A stretch of 41,773 nt of DNA. Source: Octopus bimaculoides. Its lineage: Eukaryota. Shown here one piece after another: positions 22,546 through 33,548 of the stretch. The stretch is taken from positions 55,525,196-55,566,968 of the forward strand of contig NC_068987.1 in the NCBI RefSeq assembly GCF_001194135.2, in the 5' to 3' direction. Under the pieces are notes generated by a model that made no database searches, was not told the DNA's origin, and saw only the letters and a program-made list of their open reading frames with translations. A program made the position numbers and the translations under genes. Within the stretch, counting starts at the first letter, position 1. Every line of letters begins with the position of its first letter.

Positions 22546-23620
22546 ATCAAAAGAAAAATTGTAAGGTATTTTGTTTGGTTCCGGCACCTCATCGTCTCAG
22601 CAGAGCAACAACATCAAAAACAACAACAGCAACAACAACAAAAAAAATGCTAATCGTGGTTACAGCTTGTTGAGAGAAGTTTATTTCTTACTTAACTGTA
22701 ATTGACATAAAACATTCAGTTCTGCTACAGAGATTGTTGTAAATGCTTGATCGTTGTTCTTATGATGCTGACGAGGCACTATTCAGGCAGAGCTAGTCGC
22801 CAAGTTTTCATATTTTGTAAGTTAAACGTTACTCGCGTACAAACATGGATGGCAATCAAACATCTATTGGATACATTTTCAACAGACTCATGCACCGCTG
22901 AACAAAAATGATTGCCGTTCTAGAGTTTATCAGTTAATGGCATTGCAATAACCATGATTTAGGTATCACGATATCCCCTAAGCCAAAGAATAACTGCTTG
23001 AATATAATACAAATCATGTCAGAGTAACAAATTTCAGCACATGTCTGTCAATATAGATAAATCTCTCCATGTCATTAAATCCACAGAATACAACATTTTT
23101 AGCGACTTTATAGGGTTTTGTTTTCTTCTCAGAAAGTTTTGGTGAACTTTGTATAAATATAAATAAAAATATATAACCACATTGTTCCATTTTATGGTCA
23201 AATTCTACTCCCTCTCTCTGTGTCTCTTTCTCTCACATTTTCCAAAAATGGACTAAAGAACAATTAGTTCCCATTCTAAATATGACTAGTTTTTAATTTG
23301 ATTTTATACCATTTAATTCTTGCCTACAACTGTCAATAGAGTTATTGGTATTTCTAGACGTACAGTGAAATTTGACAATGACTAAGTGCTTTAACAAGCT
23401 ATCCATTACAGTCAGTGACATGATTAATAATAAAACAAATAACAATCTCATCGATTTCTCTCACTTGGTCACTCGAAAGACAGCAATCTGTATACATAAA
23501 AACTAGACATACAACATCACACACACACACACAAGCATATAGTATCAGTCACACGACCTGCTGTTTCTAGCATTCAAATTGCTTTGAAATCACATCGTAC
23601 TATCTTGAAGGGTAAACAGT

Positions 23621-23655
<35 letters not shown>

Positions 23656-24553
23656 NNNNNNNNNNNNNNNNNNNNNNNNNNNNNNNNNNNNNNNNNNNNN
23701 NNNNNNNNNNNNNNNNNNNNNNNNNNNNNNNNNNNNNNNNNNNNNNNNNNNNNNNNNNNNNNNNNNNNNNNNNNNNNNNNNNNNNNNNNNNNNNNNNNNN
23801 NNNNNNNNNNNNNNNNNNNNNNNNNNNNNNNNNNNNNNNNNNNNNNNNNNNNNNNNNNNNNNNNNNNNNNNNNNNNNNNNNNNNNNNNNNNNNNNNNNNN
23901 NNNNNNNNNNNNNNNNNNNNNNNNNNNNNNNNNNNNNNNNNNNNNNNNNNNNNNNNNNNNNNNNNNNNNNNNNNNNNNNNNNNNNNNNNNNNNNNNNNNN
24001 NNNNNNNNNNNNNNNNNNNNNNNNNNNNNNNNNNNNNNNNNNNNNNNNNNNNNNNNNNNNNNNNNNNNNNNNNNNNNNNNNNNNNNNNNNNNNNNNNNNN
24101 NNNNNNNNNNNNNNNNNNNNNNNNNNNNNNNNNNNNNNNNNNNNNNNNNNNNNNNNNNNNNNNNNNNNNNNNNNNNNNNNNNNNNNNNNNNNNNNNNNNN
24201 NNNNNNNNNNNNNNNNNNNNNNNNNNNNNNNNNNNNNNNNNNNNNNNNNNNNNNNNNNNNNNNNNNNNNNNNNNNNNNNNNNNNNNNNNNNNNNNNNNNN
24301 NNNNNNNNNNNNNNNNNNNNNNNNNNNNNNNNNNNNNNNNNNNNNNNNNNNNNNNNNNNNNNNNNNNNNNNNNNNNNNNNNNNNNNNNNNNNNNNNNNNN
24401 NNNNNNNNNNNNNNNNNNNNNNNNNNNNNNNNNNNNCTCCTGGGGCTAAAAGCAACAGTAACATCCACCCCTAGGGGTCAGCCACACTTAAGTGGCAATA
24501 TACTACACTTTATCGTGCAGTTACTGTTAATACTTCATTTAGAGAATTAACAT

Positions 24554-24593
<40 letters not shown>

Positions 24594-24604
24594 CTGCACA
24601 AGGT

Positions 24605-25230
24605 GCTTTGTATGGTGAGCTGGAGGATGGTAGGAAACCAGCGCATAAGCCTAAACTAAGGTTTAAGGATTGCTTTAAAAATGCTCTAATGCAGACAGGA
24701 TTTGCAGCTGGTGATTGGGAGAGGGAGGCACAAGACCACGATGGATGGAGGAAGATAGTGCATAGTGATTGTTCAAGGTTTGAGAGGGAGAGAGTGAAGC
24801 ATGAGAGAATTAGGAGGGGGCTACAAGGGGGGACCTGTGGAAAGTGAGAGTGTGTTGCTTTTTGTGTGTGTGGTTTGCGGGAGGAGGTGTTTGAGTCGTG
24901 GAGGCCTGGTGAGCCATCAAAAATCTCACAGGAATCGACCCATGATAAACAGTGATGTGGCTATTAAAATCCACAACAGAACATGTGTAAAATATGGAAA
25001 AGTGTGCCTCTCAGTTGGAGTTCTGAAAAGATACGTTAAGAGGGTGCATATGGTGGCACCTGTTTCTGCTGCCAGCCAGTACAGTTGTACAGTATGTAAT
25101 AAAATGTGTAAAAGTTTGGCTGGGCTTAAAATTCATATAAGGGCCTCACATAGCATCAATAATGAATCATTTCAGTGAGTCTTTTTGGCAATGGCTTTTT
25201 TCGTGTAACGAGGGTGCAGCTATAACGTAT
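24605..25230 (+). mobile_element. 5'-truncated RTE (BovB-like) LINE 3' end with three C2H2 zinc fingers
   Basis: LYGELEDGRKPAHKPKLRFKDCFK...WEREAQDHDGWRKIV is the RTE C-terminal signature. After one frameshift (~24835) come three CxxC...HxxxH-type motifs, a stop at 25178, and a (TATG)n run. Confidence 0.85.
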
Positions 25231-25327
25231 GTATGTATGTATGTATGTATGTATGTGTGTGTGTGTGTGTGTGTGTGTAGATAGATNNNNNNNNNNNNNN
25301 NNNNNNNNNNNNNNNNNNNNNNNNNNN

Positions 25328-25374
<47 letters not shown>

Positions 25375-25465
25375 AGTGGGAGGTAAGGTTTTCAACAAAT
25401 AGTATAGCACTCGATTAATTAGCGGGTAAAAAAAAAATGTTCCATATGGTCACTTGGAAAATTTC

Positions 25466-25575
25466 ATCGAGGTCGACTTTGTCTTTCATTCTTTCGAGGT
25501 CGATAAAATAAGTGCCAATTGAGTACAGGGGTCGATGTAATCGACTAGTATCCTCCCTTAAATTTCAGGCCTTTT
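25466..25575 (+). mobile_element. SINE family A 3' half
   Basis: gaggtcgactttgtctttcattctttcgaggtcgataaaataagt...ggggtcgatgtaatcgac. Confidence 0.8.
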
Positions 25576-25578
25576 ATC

Positions 25579-25630
<52 letters not shown>

Positions 25631-25635
25631 GTAAT
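25579..25635. repeat. (AAT)n microsatellite
   Basis: About 18 AAT units. Confidence 0.97.
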
Positions 25636-25639
25636 ACAT

Positions 25640-26185
25640 AGAATGCACCACGCTAAGGCAGATATAAAACAACTTTACCTGCCAAGAAAAGAGGGTGGGT
25701 ATGAACTTTTACAACTGGAATTAACAATGAGGATTGCCACTATTGGCCTAAACATCTACCTGAAAAACTCTGATTACTGGATGTTAAAACTTGTCTCAAA
25801 GCATGAAAACAAGAAAGCATCATACTTAGTAACAAAACAGGAAAAGGAATATCTAAGTGAATTCCAAACACAACAAATTCCAGAATTAGACATACCAGAA
25901 ACAAGCACAGAAAAAGCTAAGCGCATGAAAACCCGTACTAAAACTGCTGCCTTAGATATTTTTGCTGATAAATGACAAGAAAAACCTCTCAATCGCAAAT
26001 ACCCAAAGAGGGCTAATAGTGTCGATGTTGACAAAGCTCTTACCCATCAATGATTAGTGTCTTATGGCTTAAAATCAGAAACAGAAGGGTTTACCATAGC
26101 AGCCCAAGATCAATGTCTTCCCACAAGAAACTATCAAGCCAACATATTAAAGAACGGCAGTAGCCCAACATGTCGTGTATATAAG
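25640..26185 (+). mobile_element. R4/Dong-like (RLE-type) non-LTR retrotransposon fragment, post-RT region
   Basis: One frame reads HHAKADIKQLYLPRKEGG...K*QEKPL...THQ*L...LKSETEGFTIAAQDQCLPTRNYQANILK...PTCRV. Both stops sit where this family has W (TGG>TGA). It breaks off in the zinc knuckle. Confidence 0.85.
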
Positions 26186-26524
26186 GAAAATAGGACTACG
26201 TAGAAAATGCTAAAAGAATATTATAATGAAAATTTTAGTACCGGTTTCAGTCTTTGCGACTTTTTCAACTTAGAGTAAAGCATGAAAAACAATTAAATTG
26301 TGGAAAAACTAAATGAAATGTTTTTTTTAGAAATATTTCCATAGTTTTCAAATACTTCGGACATCTTCCTTTTTTTTTGTCTCTCTCTCTTTTACTTTTG
26401 TGAAGGCTCGGTAGGTAGGTAGTTGCAGGTCTGAAGAAATATTTAATATGAGGGATGTGAGTTCTTGATTTTGATTGTTTAAGCAGCGATAGCCGAGGAA
26501 GGAGACGGCGAAGAAGAGAGTAGG

Positions 26525-26540
26525 AAGAAAGAGAGAGAGT

Positions 26541-26579
<39 letters not shown>

Positions 26580-26650
26580 TGAGAGAGTGAGAGTGAGAGT
26601 GAGAGAGAGAGATAGAGATAGAGAGAGAGAGAGAAAGAGAAAGAGAGAGA
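26525..26650. repeat. (GA)n-rich microsatellite
   Basis: Imperfect AG/GTGA/GATA run. Confidence 0.95.
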
Positions 26651-27541
26651 ATAAGAAAAGACGGGAGTGGTATGACAGTAATAGGCTGTTAGTGGAGTTT
26701 TCTTAAATGGTCAAGTGTCTGTTGTGGGTAGGGACTGTTCTGCATATATCGTTTTTAATATTTACGTGGGTATTATTCTAACGCCCTTGTAGTAGTGTAA
26801 NNNNNNNNNNNNNNNNNNNNNNNNNNNNNNNNNNNNNNNNNNNNNNNNNNNNNNNNNNNNNNNNNNNNNNNNNNNNNNNNNNNNNNNNNNNNNNNNNNNN
26901 NNNNNNNNNNNNNNNNNNNNNNNNNNNNNNNNNNNNNNNNNNNNNNNNNNNNNNNNNNNNNNNNNNNNNNNNNNNNNNNNNNNNNNNNNNNNNNNNNNNN
27001 NNNNNNNNNNNNNNNNNNNNNNNNNNNNNNNNNNNNNNNNNNNNNNNNNNNNNNNNNNNNNNNNNNNNNNNNNNNNNNNNNNNNNNNNNNNNNNNNNNNN
27101 NNNNNNNNNNNNNNNNNNNNNNNNNNNNNNNNNNNNNNNNNNNNNNNNNNNNNNNNNNNNNNNNNNNNNNNNNNNNNNNNNNNNNNNNNNNNNNNNNNNN
27201 NNNNNNNNNNNNNNNNNNNNNNNNNNNNNNNNNNNNNNNNNNNNNNNNNNNNNNNNNNNNNNNNNNNNNNNNNNNNNNNNNNNNNNNNNNNNNNNNNNNN
27301 NNNNNNNNNNNNNNNNNNNNNNNNNNNNNNNNNNNNNNNNNNNNNNNNNNNNNNNNNNNNNNNNNNNNNNNNNNNNNNNNNNNNNNNNNNNNNNNNNNNN
27401 NNNNNNNNNNNNNNNNNNNNNNNNNNNNNNNNNNNNNNNNNNNNNNNNNNNNNNNNNNNNNNNNNNNNNNNNNNNNNNNNNNNNNNNNNNNNNNNNNNNN
27501 NNNNNNNNNNNNNNNNNNNNNNNNNNNNNNNNNNNNNNNNN

Positions 27542-27594
<53 letters not shown>

Positions 27595-27684
27595 CTGTGT
27601 GTTTATAAGAAGGGTTTAAATAATTCGGGATCACATTGCGTTAACATGTATTCTCGGAAATATTAATTTCAATGATATTTACTA

Positions 27685-28584
27685 TCTACTACATATGTGG
27701 GAAATTCTGTCTGTGGGTGTGCTTGTAGAGTTGTTAGCTAACTCCTCCTACATCGTTTTATCGATTTTAATGAAACCTGACACGTGAGTAGAACTCATGT
27801 CTGCAAACCTCATGGTATACTCAGACTGTTGAAAAAAAATCGATAATAGGGCCCCTGGAACGGATCATTATATATATCTAATATATTTCATTTTAAAAAT
27901 CAAGGGAGATAACCCATTCACCCAGATTTTAACAGCTAAGGAAAATAACCCATTCATTTTCCTAAATCATTTGGTATAAATCAAATTGAATATCCTTATT
28001 TCTTAGTATTTGAACTGTTAGAGTTATTTTCGCAATTTATCCAGTACAACCCTAAGACAAATAAATAATATTTTCCTTAACAATAGTTCCACTTATTTCG
28101 GTTAGTGTCTTATTCACGAATATACCAACACTAGCGTCGCTGAGGCTAATATTCTCTGGGAACTCACAAAAACCTTTTTCAGAGCTATTTACTTTGAATT
28201 GTTATTATCTCATATCTGATTAGCCTGTTATAACGTAACATGCTTCACGATTTTAGTATAAATACATTATTAGTGTTTCCTTCTAAGTTCTATATACTCT
28301 GGGAACGCATTAAAGCTCTTTTCGGGGCTATAGTATTTGAATTCTTACTCTCGGGTAACTAATTTCATGTTATTACATAACTGACTTTACAATTTGGGTA
28401 TACATAACTTATTAGGAATTCCTAAAAACAAGATCTTGTGCAAGACAGTTTGATATTCTCTGTAAATGCACAAAAACCCTTTTAAGGGCTACATACTTTG
28501 TATTGTTGTTATTGGATTAGCGAAACAATTATTAGAACGGAACCAAGCCCCGCTTTTCCGGGAATTACCGGGTACGCCAGCTAG
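27685..28584 (+). mobile_element. 900-bp non-autonomous Helitron-like element
   Basis: Begins TC after A and ends CTAG before T. GC-rich ccgg-gaatta-ccgg hairpin about 10 nt before the end. A 5' atcgattttaatgaaa motif as in DINE/Lep1-type elements, and three internal ~55-bp repeats. Confidence 0.65.
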
Positions 28585-28676
28585 TTTTTAAATATGTTAA
28601 TACACCAGAAATAATTGTTGGCTTTGTAAGGTGAATTCTACAATTAAAGATGTGATTTTCTCCATAAGTATTTCCG

Positions 28677-28677
<1 letters not shown>

Positions 28678-28743
<66 letters not shown>
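28678..28743. repeat. (TA)n microsatellite
   Basis: Pure TA run. Confidence 0.98.
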
Positions 28744-28746
<3 letters not shown>

Positions 28747-28834
28747 TTAATAATGAGGGTAGAAATTGATATTAATCAATTTAAACCAGTGGCCTAGCAT
28801 ATTTAAAAAAATCCGAAGATTAAAATTATATTAC

Positions 28835-29089
28835 ATACAAAATTAAGAGAAATGACCACTAAAAGTGGACTTCTATATGCTAGAATTAGATGCCAGATCA
28901 CCTAACCACGAAGAGTATGTTCTCAAGAAAATATGCGGAATATTTCGTATATTTTTATTTGTCTTGCTCATCTTTACGGTCTGGCGTAAATTTTTTCTTG
29001 AGAACATACTCTTCGTGGTTAGGTAATTTGGCATCTATTTCTAGCACATAGGAGTCCACTTTTGGTGGTCATTCCTCTTAATTTTGTAT
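28835..29089. repeat. 97-bp inverted repeat with 61-nt spacer, embedded between (TA)n tracts
   Basis: 28835-28931 against the reverse complement of 28993-29089: ungapped, 90/97 identical. Confidence 0.92.
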
Positions 29090-29775
29090 ATGTGTATATA
29101 TATATATATATAATTTTTGCTATATATAGCTAACTATTTCAAGTTAACTGAACTGAAATGATTTTTAAGTAGTTTGAGGCTAAAAAAGTTATTGGCGTTA
29201 TAAAATTTTGTTCTCAGACAGGCAGAAGGGGAGGGCTTAAAGTTTGAAAAATTTCAAAAAGTTGATTCTTATGGAAATAGGCCAGTGAGGTGTGAAAAAG
29301 AAAGAGAGACAGAAGAAGAGAGGGAGAGAGGGAGAGAGAGTAAGAGTGAGAGTAAATTTGATCTTTGAAAGACATTAGGATAATTTGGGGAATGTTTCGG
29401 CATAATTATACCTCGTCAGTAAATCCTGATCCACTTACAGTTTAAGAAAATTTTGAACAACAAATACAAGTAAAATCTTTCTGAAAATAATTCACCGATT
29501 ATGTAAATTAAAATATCGCCGGAATATTTTACAAGAATGCCTTCGGCATCAAGAACAAATAGTTAAGTGCAGGTTGCCATACTTGAGGTAGTGAGCGGAA
29601 ATTATTTTGCGATTAATTCAAATTCTAATTCTAATGAAGAAGAGTCATTAGCATTATTCAATATGAAGACACATTTGGATATTCATCCGAAAGCGAAAAA
29701 TAGAAAATGCATCTAGCGCAGTTTATTCGTTTATTCTAAGCTGGGAGCTTCATTTCGCTTCTCAGAATTTTCCGT

Positions 29776-29818
29776 TTACATCATCATCATCATCATCATC
29801 ATCATCACCACCACCACC

Positions 29819-29873
<55 letters not shown>

Positions 29874-29946
29874 CCACCATCATCATCATCACCATCGTCG
29901 CCATCATCATCGTCGTCGTCACCGCCGCCGCCACCGTCACCGTCAC

Positions 29947-29978
<32 letters not shown>

Positions 29979-30030
29979 TCCTCCTCCTCGCCCTCCTCCT
30001 CCTCCTCCTCCTCCTCATCATCATCACCAG
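29776..30030. repeat. Compound trinucleotide microsatellite CAT/CAC/CGT/CGC/CCT
   Basis: In-register succession of triplet arrays. Confidence 0.95.
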
Positions 30031-30374
30031 TAGCAGCGAAACATCATCACTCTAAACACCCACAAGTTGTAGATAGACGTACATGAACGTCAGCAGAATA
30101 ACCTTCGTTTATCAGAGTCGATATCAAATTACTGACAGTGCACAACGTTTCAATAGGTAGTTGGTGCTATGACATTATGCCTAATAGAATTGACCTCAAA
30201 TATCCTACATATGTGTATGAGGATGGGCATATAGGTAAGACGCGGTAGATAAAGATGAAAGAATTAGACATACAAAATCACACACATACGCATATTTGTA
30301 AGAACTAACGAGTAGCCCCTGCGTAACGCGGCCGGCATGTCCTATTGGATTGACCTTACTACCTTCTCTTCCAG

Positions 30375-31430
30375 GGAGATGAGTCTATCCTTCAGATTCA
30401 CTCGCATTTCCTAGTGAGAGGCTTGATGCAAAACAAAAAACAGATCTTCCACTGCTGGTTTGTTTAAGGAACCTTATCATCTTCTATTAGAATTCTGAAT
30501 TTCTGGATAGTGATGTCTGTTACTTGCTGACCTTTATTCTCTGCAAGTCTGTCTACTTATCAAAGATGTATTTTGTCTAGGAGCACAGAACAATCATCGT
30601 GGCTGCATTCACATTGTTCTGGGAAGGCTGACATGTCATTTGTCTGTCACCAAATGAAGAAAGCCAAATATCAGAACTTGATTGGTGAGGCTTTTGTCAA
30701 AGCCTCGTTCACATTTGAAGTCGGCTGCCGCTATTTCCCAGTAAGATCAGGGTGCTATTCCGAGCAGAAAACTAGTTTGGAATACACACAACTGAAGAAA
30801 AACCACTAAGAAAACAGTTATAGAAGCTGAGATCAGCTCAAAATTGCAGTGGTTGGCAATAGACTTTAGATAAAGCCTTCTATAAGCGAAGGCTTATTCA
30901 GTTCTCGTTGCTCCCTCTCAGGCGAAACATACAGGTTAAGGGGCGAAACGCATGTGAAACAAAGTTACCTGCTAAAGATACAGAATTGTTCTAGGTAATG
31001 CAATAGCTTAAGTCACCACCAGAAGAAGAGCTTGCAATTCCTTTAAGAAAGTCTTGCAGTTTCTGCTGAGGATAAAGTATCTTTTATATTAATTTCACGT
31101 GTCGAAATAACAGAAAAATATAATTTGTACATTTATTCAGTGAGTCGAAACATAATCAATATGATGGATATCGGCTTTCTAAAAGCTCAGCAAAGAATGG
31201 AAACAGTATCGGCTGACTCATATCAACATCAACGAATTTCTGAAAAGCCATGAAATGCTGACAACCGATAATTTGCGTAAGTTTCATTACTGAGAATGTA
31301 GTTTGGATTAAATAAAAAGCAAGGATTATTGGAATGGATTTACAAGATACAACTTACATTTGTCAGTAGATTTTATTCATTAACTAGTTTTTCACTGCAT
31401 CTGCTTATATTCTTCTTATATTGATTTTTA
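30375..31430 (+). pseudogene. Decayed coding-like tract of an unidentified family (copy 1)
   Basis: Follows a clean acceptor (ccttctcttccag). Long frames with few stops, joined by about 3 apparent frameshifts. The last part has a paralogue at 33087-33440 with many synonymous differences. Confidence 0.45.
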
Positions 31431-31625
31431 ATCCATCCATCTATCTATCTATCTATCTATCTATCTTCCCACCAAAATCCATCAAACCACACACGTACGT
31501 ACCTACGTATCCACCCACCCACCTACCTACCTACCTACCTACCTACCTACCTACCTACCTACCTACCTACTTACCTGCCTGCCTGCCTGCCTGCATACAT
31601 ACATACATACATATGTATATTCATG
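31430..31625. repeat. Compound tetranucleotide microsatellite (TCTA/CCTA/CCTG/CATA)
   Basis: Successive 4-mer arrays. Confidence 0.93.
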
Positions 31626-31875
31626 TATATTCATGTATATAGACATGGATAAACAAACATATACACTTATATACATACATATATATATCGTATACATGTA
31701 NNNNNNNNNNNNNNNNNNNNNNNNNNNNNNNNNNNNNNNNNNNNNNNNNNNNNNNNNNNNNNNNNNNNNNNNNNNNNNNNNNNNNNNNNNNNNNNNNNNN
31801 NNNNNNNNNNNNNNNNNNNNNNNNNNNNNNNNNNNNNNNNNNNNNNNNNNNNNNNNNNNNNNNNNNNNNNNNNNN

Positions 31876-31906
<31 letters not shown>

Positions 31907-32310
31907 AAATATAAATATATATGCGTGTATGTATGTATGTATGTATGTATGTATGTATGTATGTATGTATGTATGTATGCACGTATGTATGTATGTATAA
32001 ATCTGTCTTGATTCACCAGAAGCGATAAATTACAGGACAGCACAAATGTAGAGTATTCTTTAATACGTTGTAGCTAAAAGGTTCCGATTTCTAGTATTTA
32101 GACTTGCTTGTTTCTGATTCATCATCTTGGAAACCCAGCCTGATTTTCTTTTGAATATTCCTTCTTTAAATATTTCTGAGATAAGGGAAACGCTTATCCT
32201 TATGTTCTTTCATTTACGCATCTTTGTGAACGTCACAAACAAAAACGGCTGCTTCATGCTCACGCTTTTTATTTCCTTTTTGGTTTTCGTGGTAATATCA
32301 TAAACATCAT

Positions 32311-32693
32311 AAAGGTAGCCGGCTGGCAGAGGTCGACTTTGCCTTTCATCCTTTCGGGGTTAAAAGGCAAAAACAAGTACCAGTTGAGTACTGGGGTCGA
32401 TTTAATCGACTAACACCCTCTCCCGAAATTGCTGGCCTTGTGCCAAAATTTGAAATCAATATAATGCATATCATAAAGGCAGCGAACAGGCAGAATCGTT
32501 ATCACGCTGGGAAACGCGCTTAGCGGCATTTCGCCCGTCTTTACGTTCTGAGTTCAAATTCTGCCGAGGTTGACTTTGCCTTTCATCCTTTTGGGGTCGA
32601 TAAAATAAGTACCAGTTTGATACTGGGTCGATGTTAATGACTTACTCCCTCTCTCTAAATTACTGATCTTGTGCCAAAATTTGAAACCAATAT
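32311..32693 (+). mobile_element. Two head-to-tail SINE family A copies (first internally deleted, second full length)
   Basis: 32311-32463 joins ggctggcaga directly to ggtcgactttgcc. 32474-32693 is colinear with the 18682 copy. Confidence 0.9.
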
Positions 32694-33086
32694 TATATGC
32701 TTCATAAACCCCATACAATCGAAGACAAAATTGCTCTGCTGTTTAAGCAATGTTCCAAAATAATACTTTTAAGTAATACTTCTAATTAATACTTTCAATT
32801 AATGTTTTCAATAAAGAATGAGTGTGTATGGGATGTTCATTTTGCATGTGCCTGTGCAGACGCATACATATGTACATATGTACACTCATAGACACACATC
32901 TATACACTGAATTATATATATTTACGCATACATATATACATACATGTATACTTGTATACCTATATTCACATACACATATGCTCTTTGCAAAGCCTAGTTT
33001 TTTAACCACACACATTCACACATTATACATAGGTATATATTCATTCAAATCTTCATTCATCAAGTAGTGAGATGAATGCTATATTT

Positions 33087-33440
33087 CGAAATAACAGCGA
33101 AATACCCCTTACACATATATTTGGTGAATAGAAATCTAGTCGATATGCTAGAGATAAACTGTCTAAAGGCACAAGGGAGAATGGAAACAGTAGCGGTTGA
33201 TAGGTATCGACTTCAGTGTAGTTCTGAAGAACTACTGAAATACTGACAGATTTGTCAATTGATAATCTGCTGAAAGATTGTTTCATCATTGAGAATGTAG
33301 TTTGGATTATATAAAAGAACAAAATGGCAGGATTATTGAAATGGATTTACAAGATGCAACTTATATTTGTCAGTTGCTTTTATGCTTTACCTGTAGCTTT
33401 TTTTTCTGTATCTGATTATGTTCTTTCTATATTGGTTTTA
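33087..33440 (+). pseudogene. Decayed coding-like tract (copy 2, shorter paralogue of 31103-31430)
   Basis: EITAKYPLHIYLVNRNLVDMLEINCLKAQGRMETVAVDRY aligns without gaps to copy 1, with 27/47 aa identical. Confidence 0.55.
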
Positions 33441-33472
33441 ACCAATCGATCGTTCAATAACTCATTGAATGA

Positions 33473-33548
<76 letters not shown>

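Noticed and set aside
28152-28510. Regularly spaced ~55-bp repeats as a CRISPR-like array
   Set aside because: The repeats are too diverged, the spacers ~90-105 bp, the context eukaryotic with no cas genes, and they lie inside a Helitron-like element.
32100-32190. Minus-strand frame EIFKEGIFKRKSGW resembling a PH-domain start; similar short frames at about 35330-35390 and 35690-35750
   Set aside because: Donor or acceptor sites are weak and the frames are short enough to arise by chance.
33226-33260. CTGAAGA-ACTACT-GAAA motif
   Set aside because: Stems I and II do not pair, and it lies within the coding-like paralogue.
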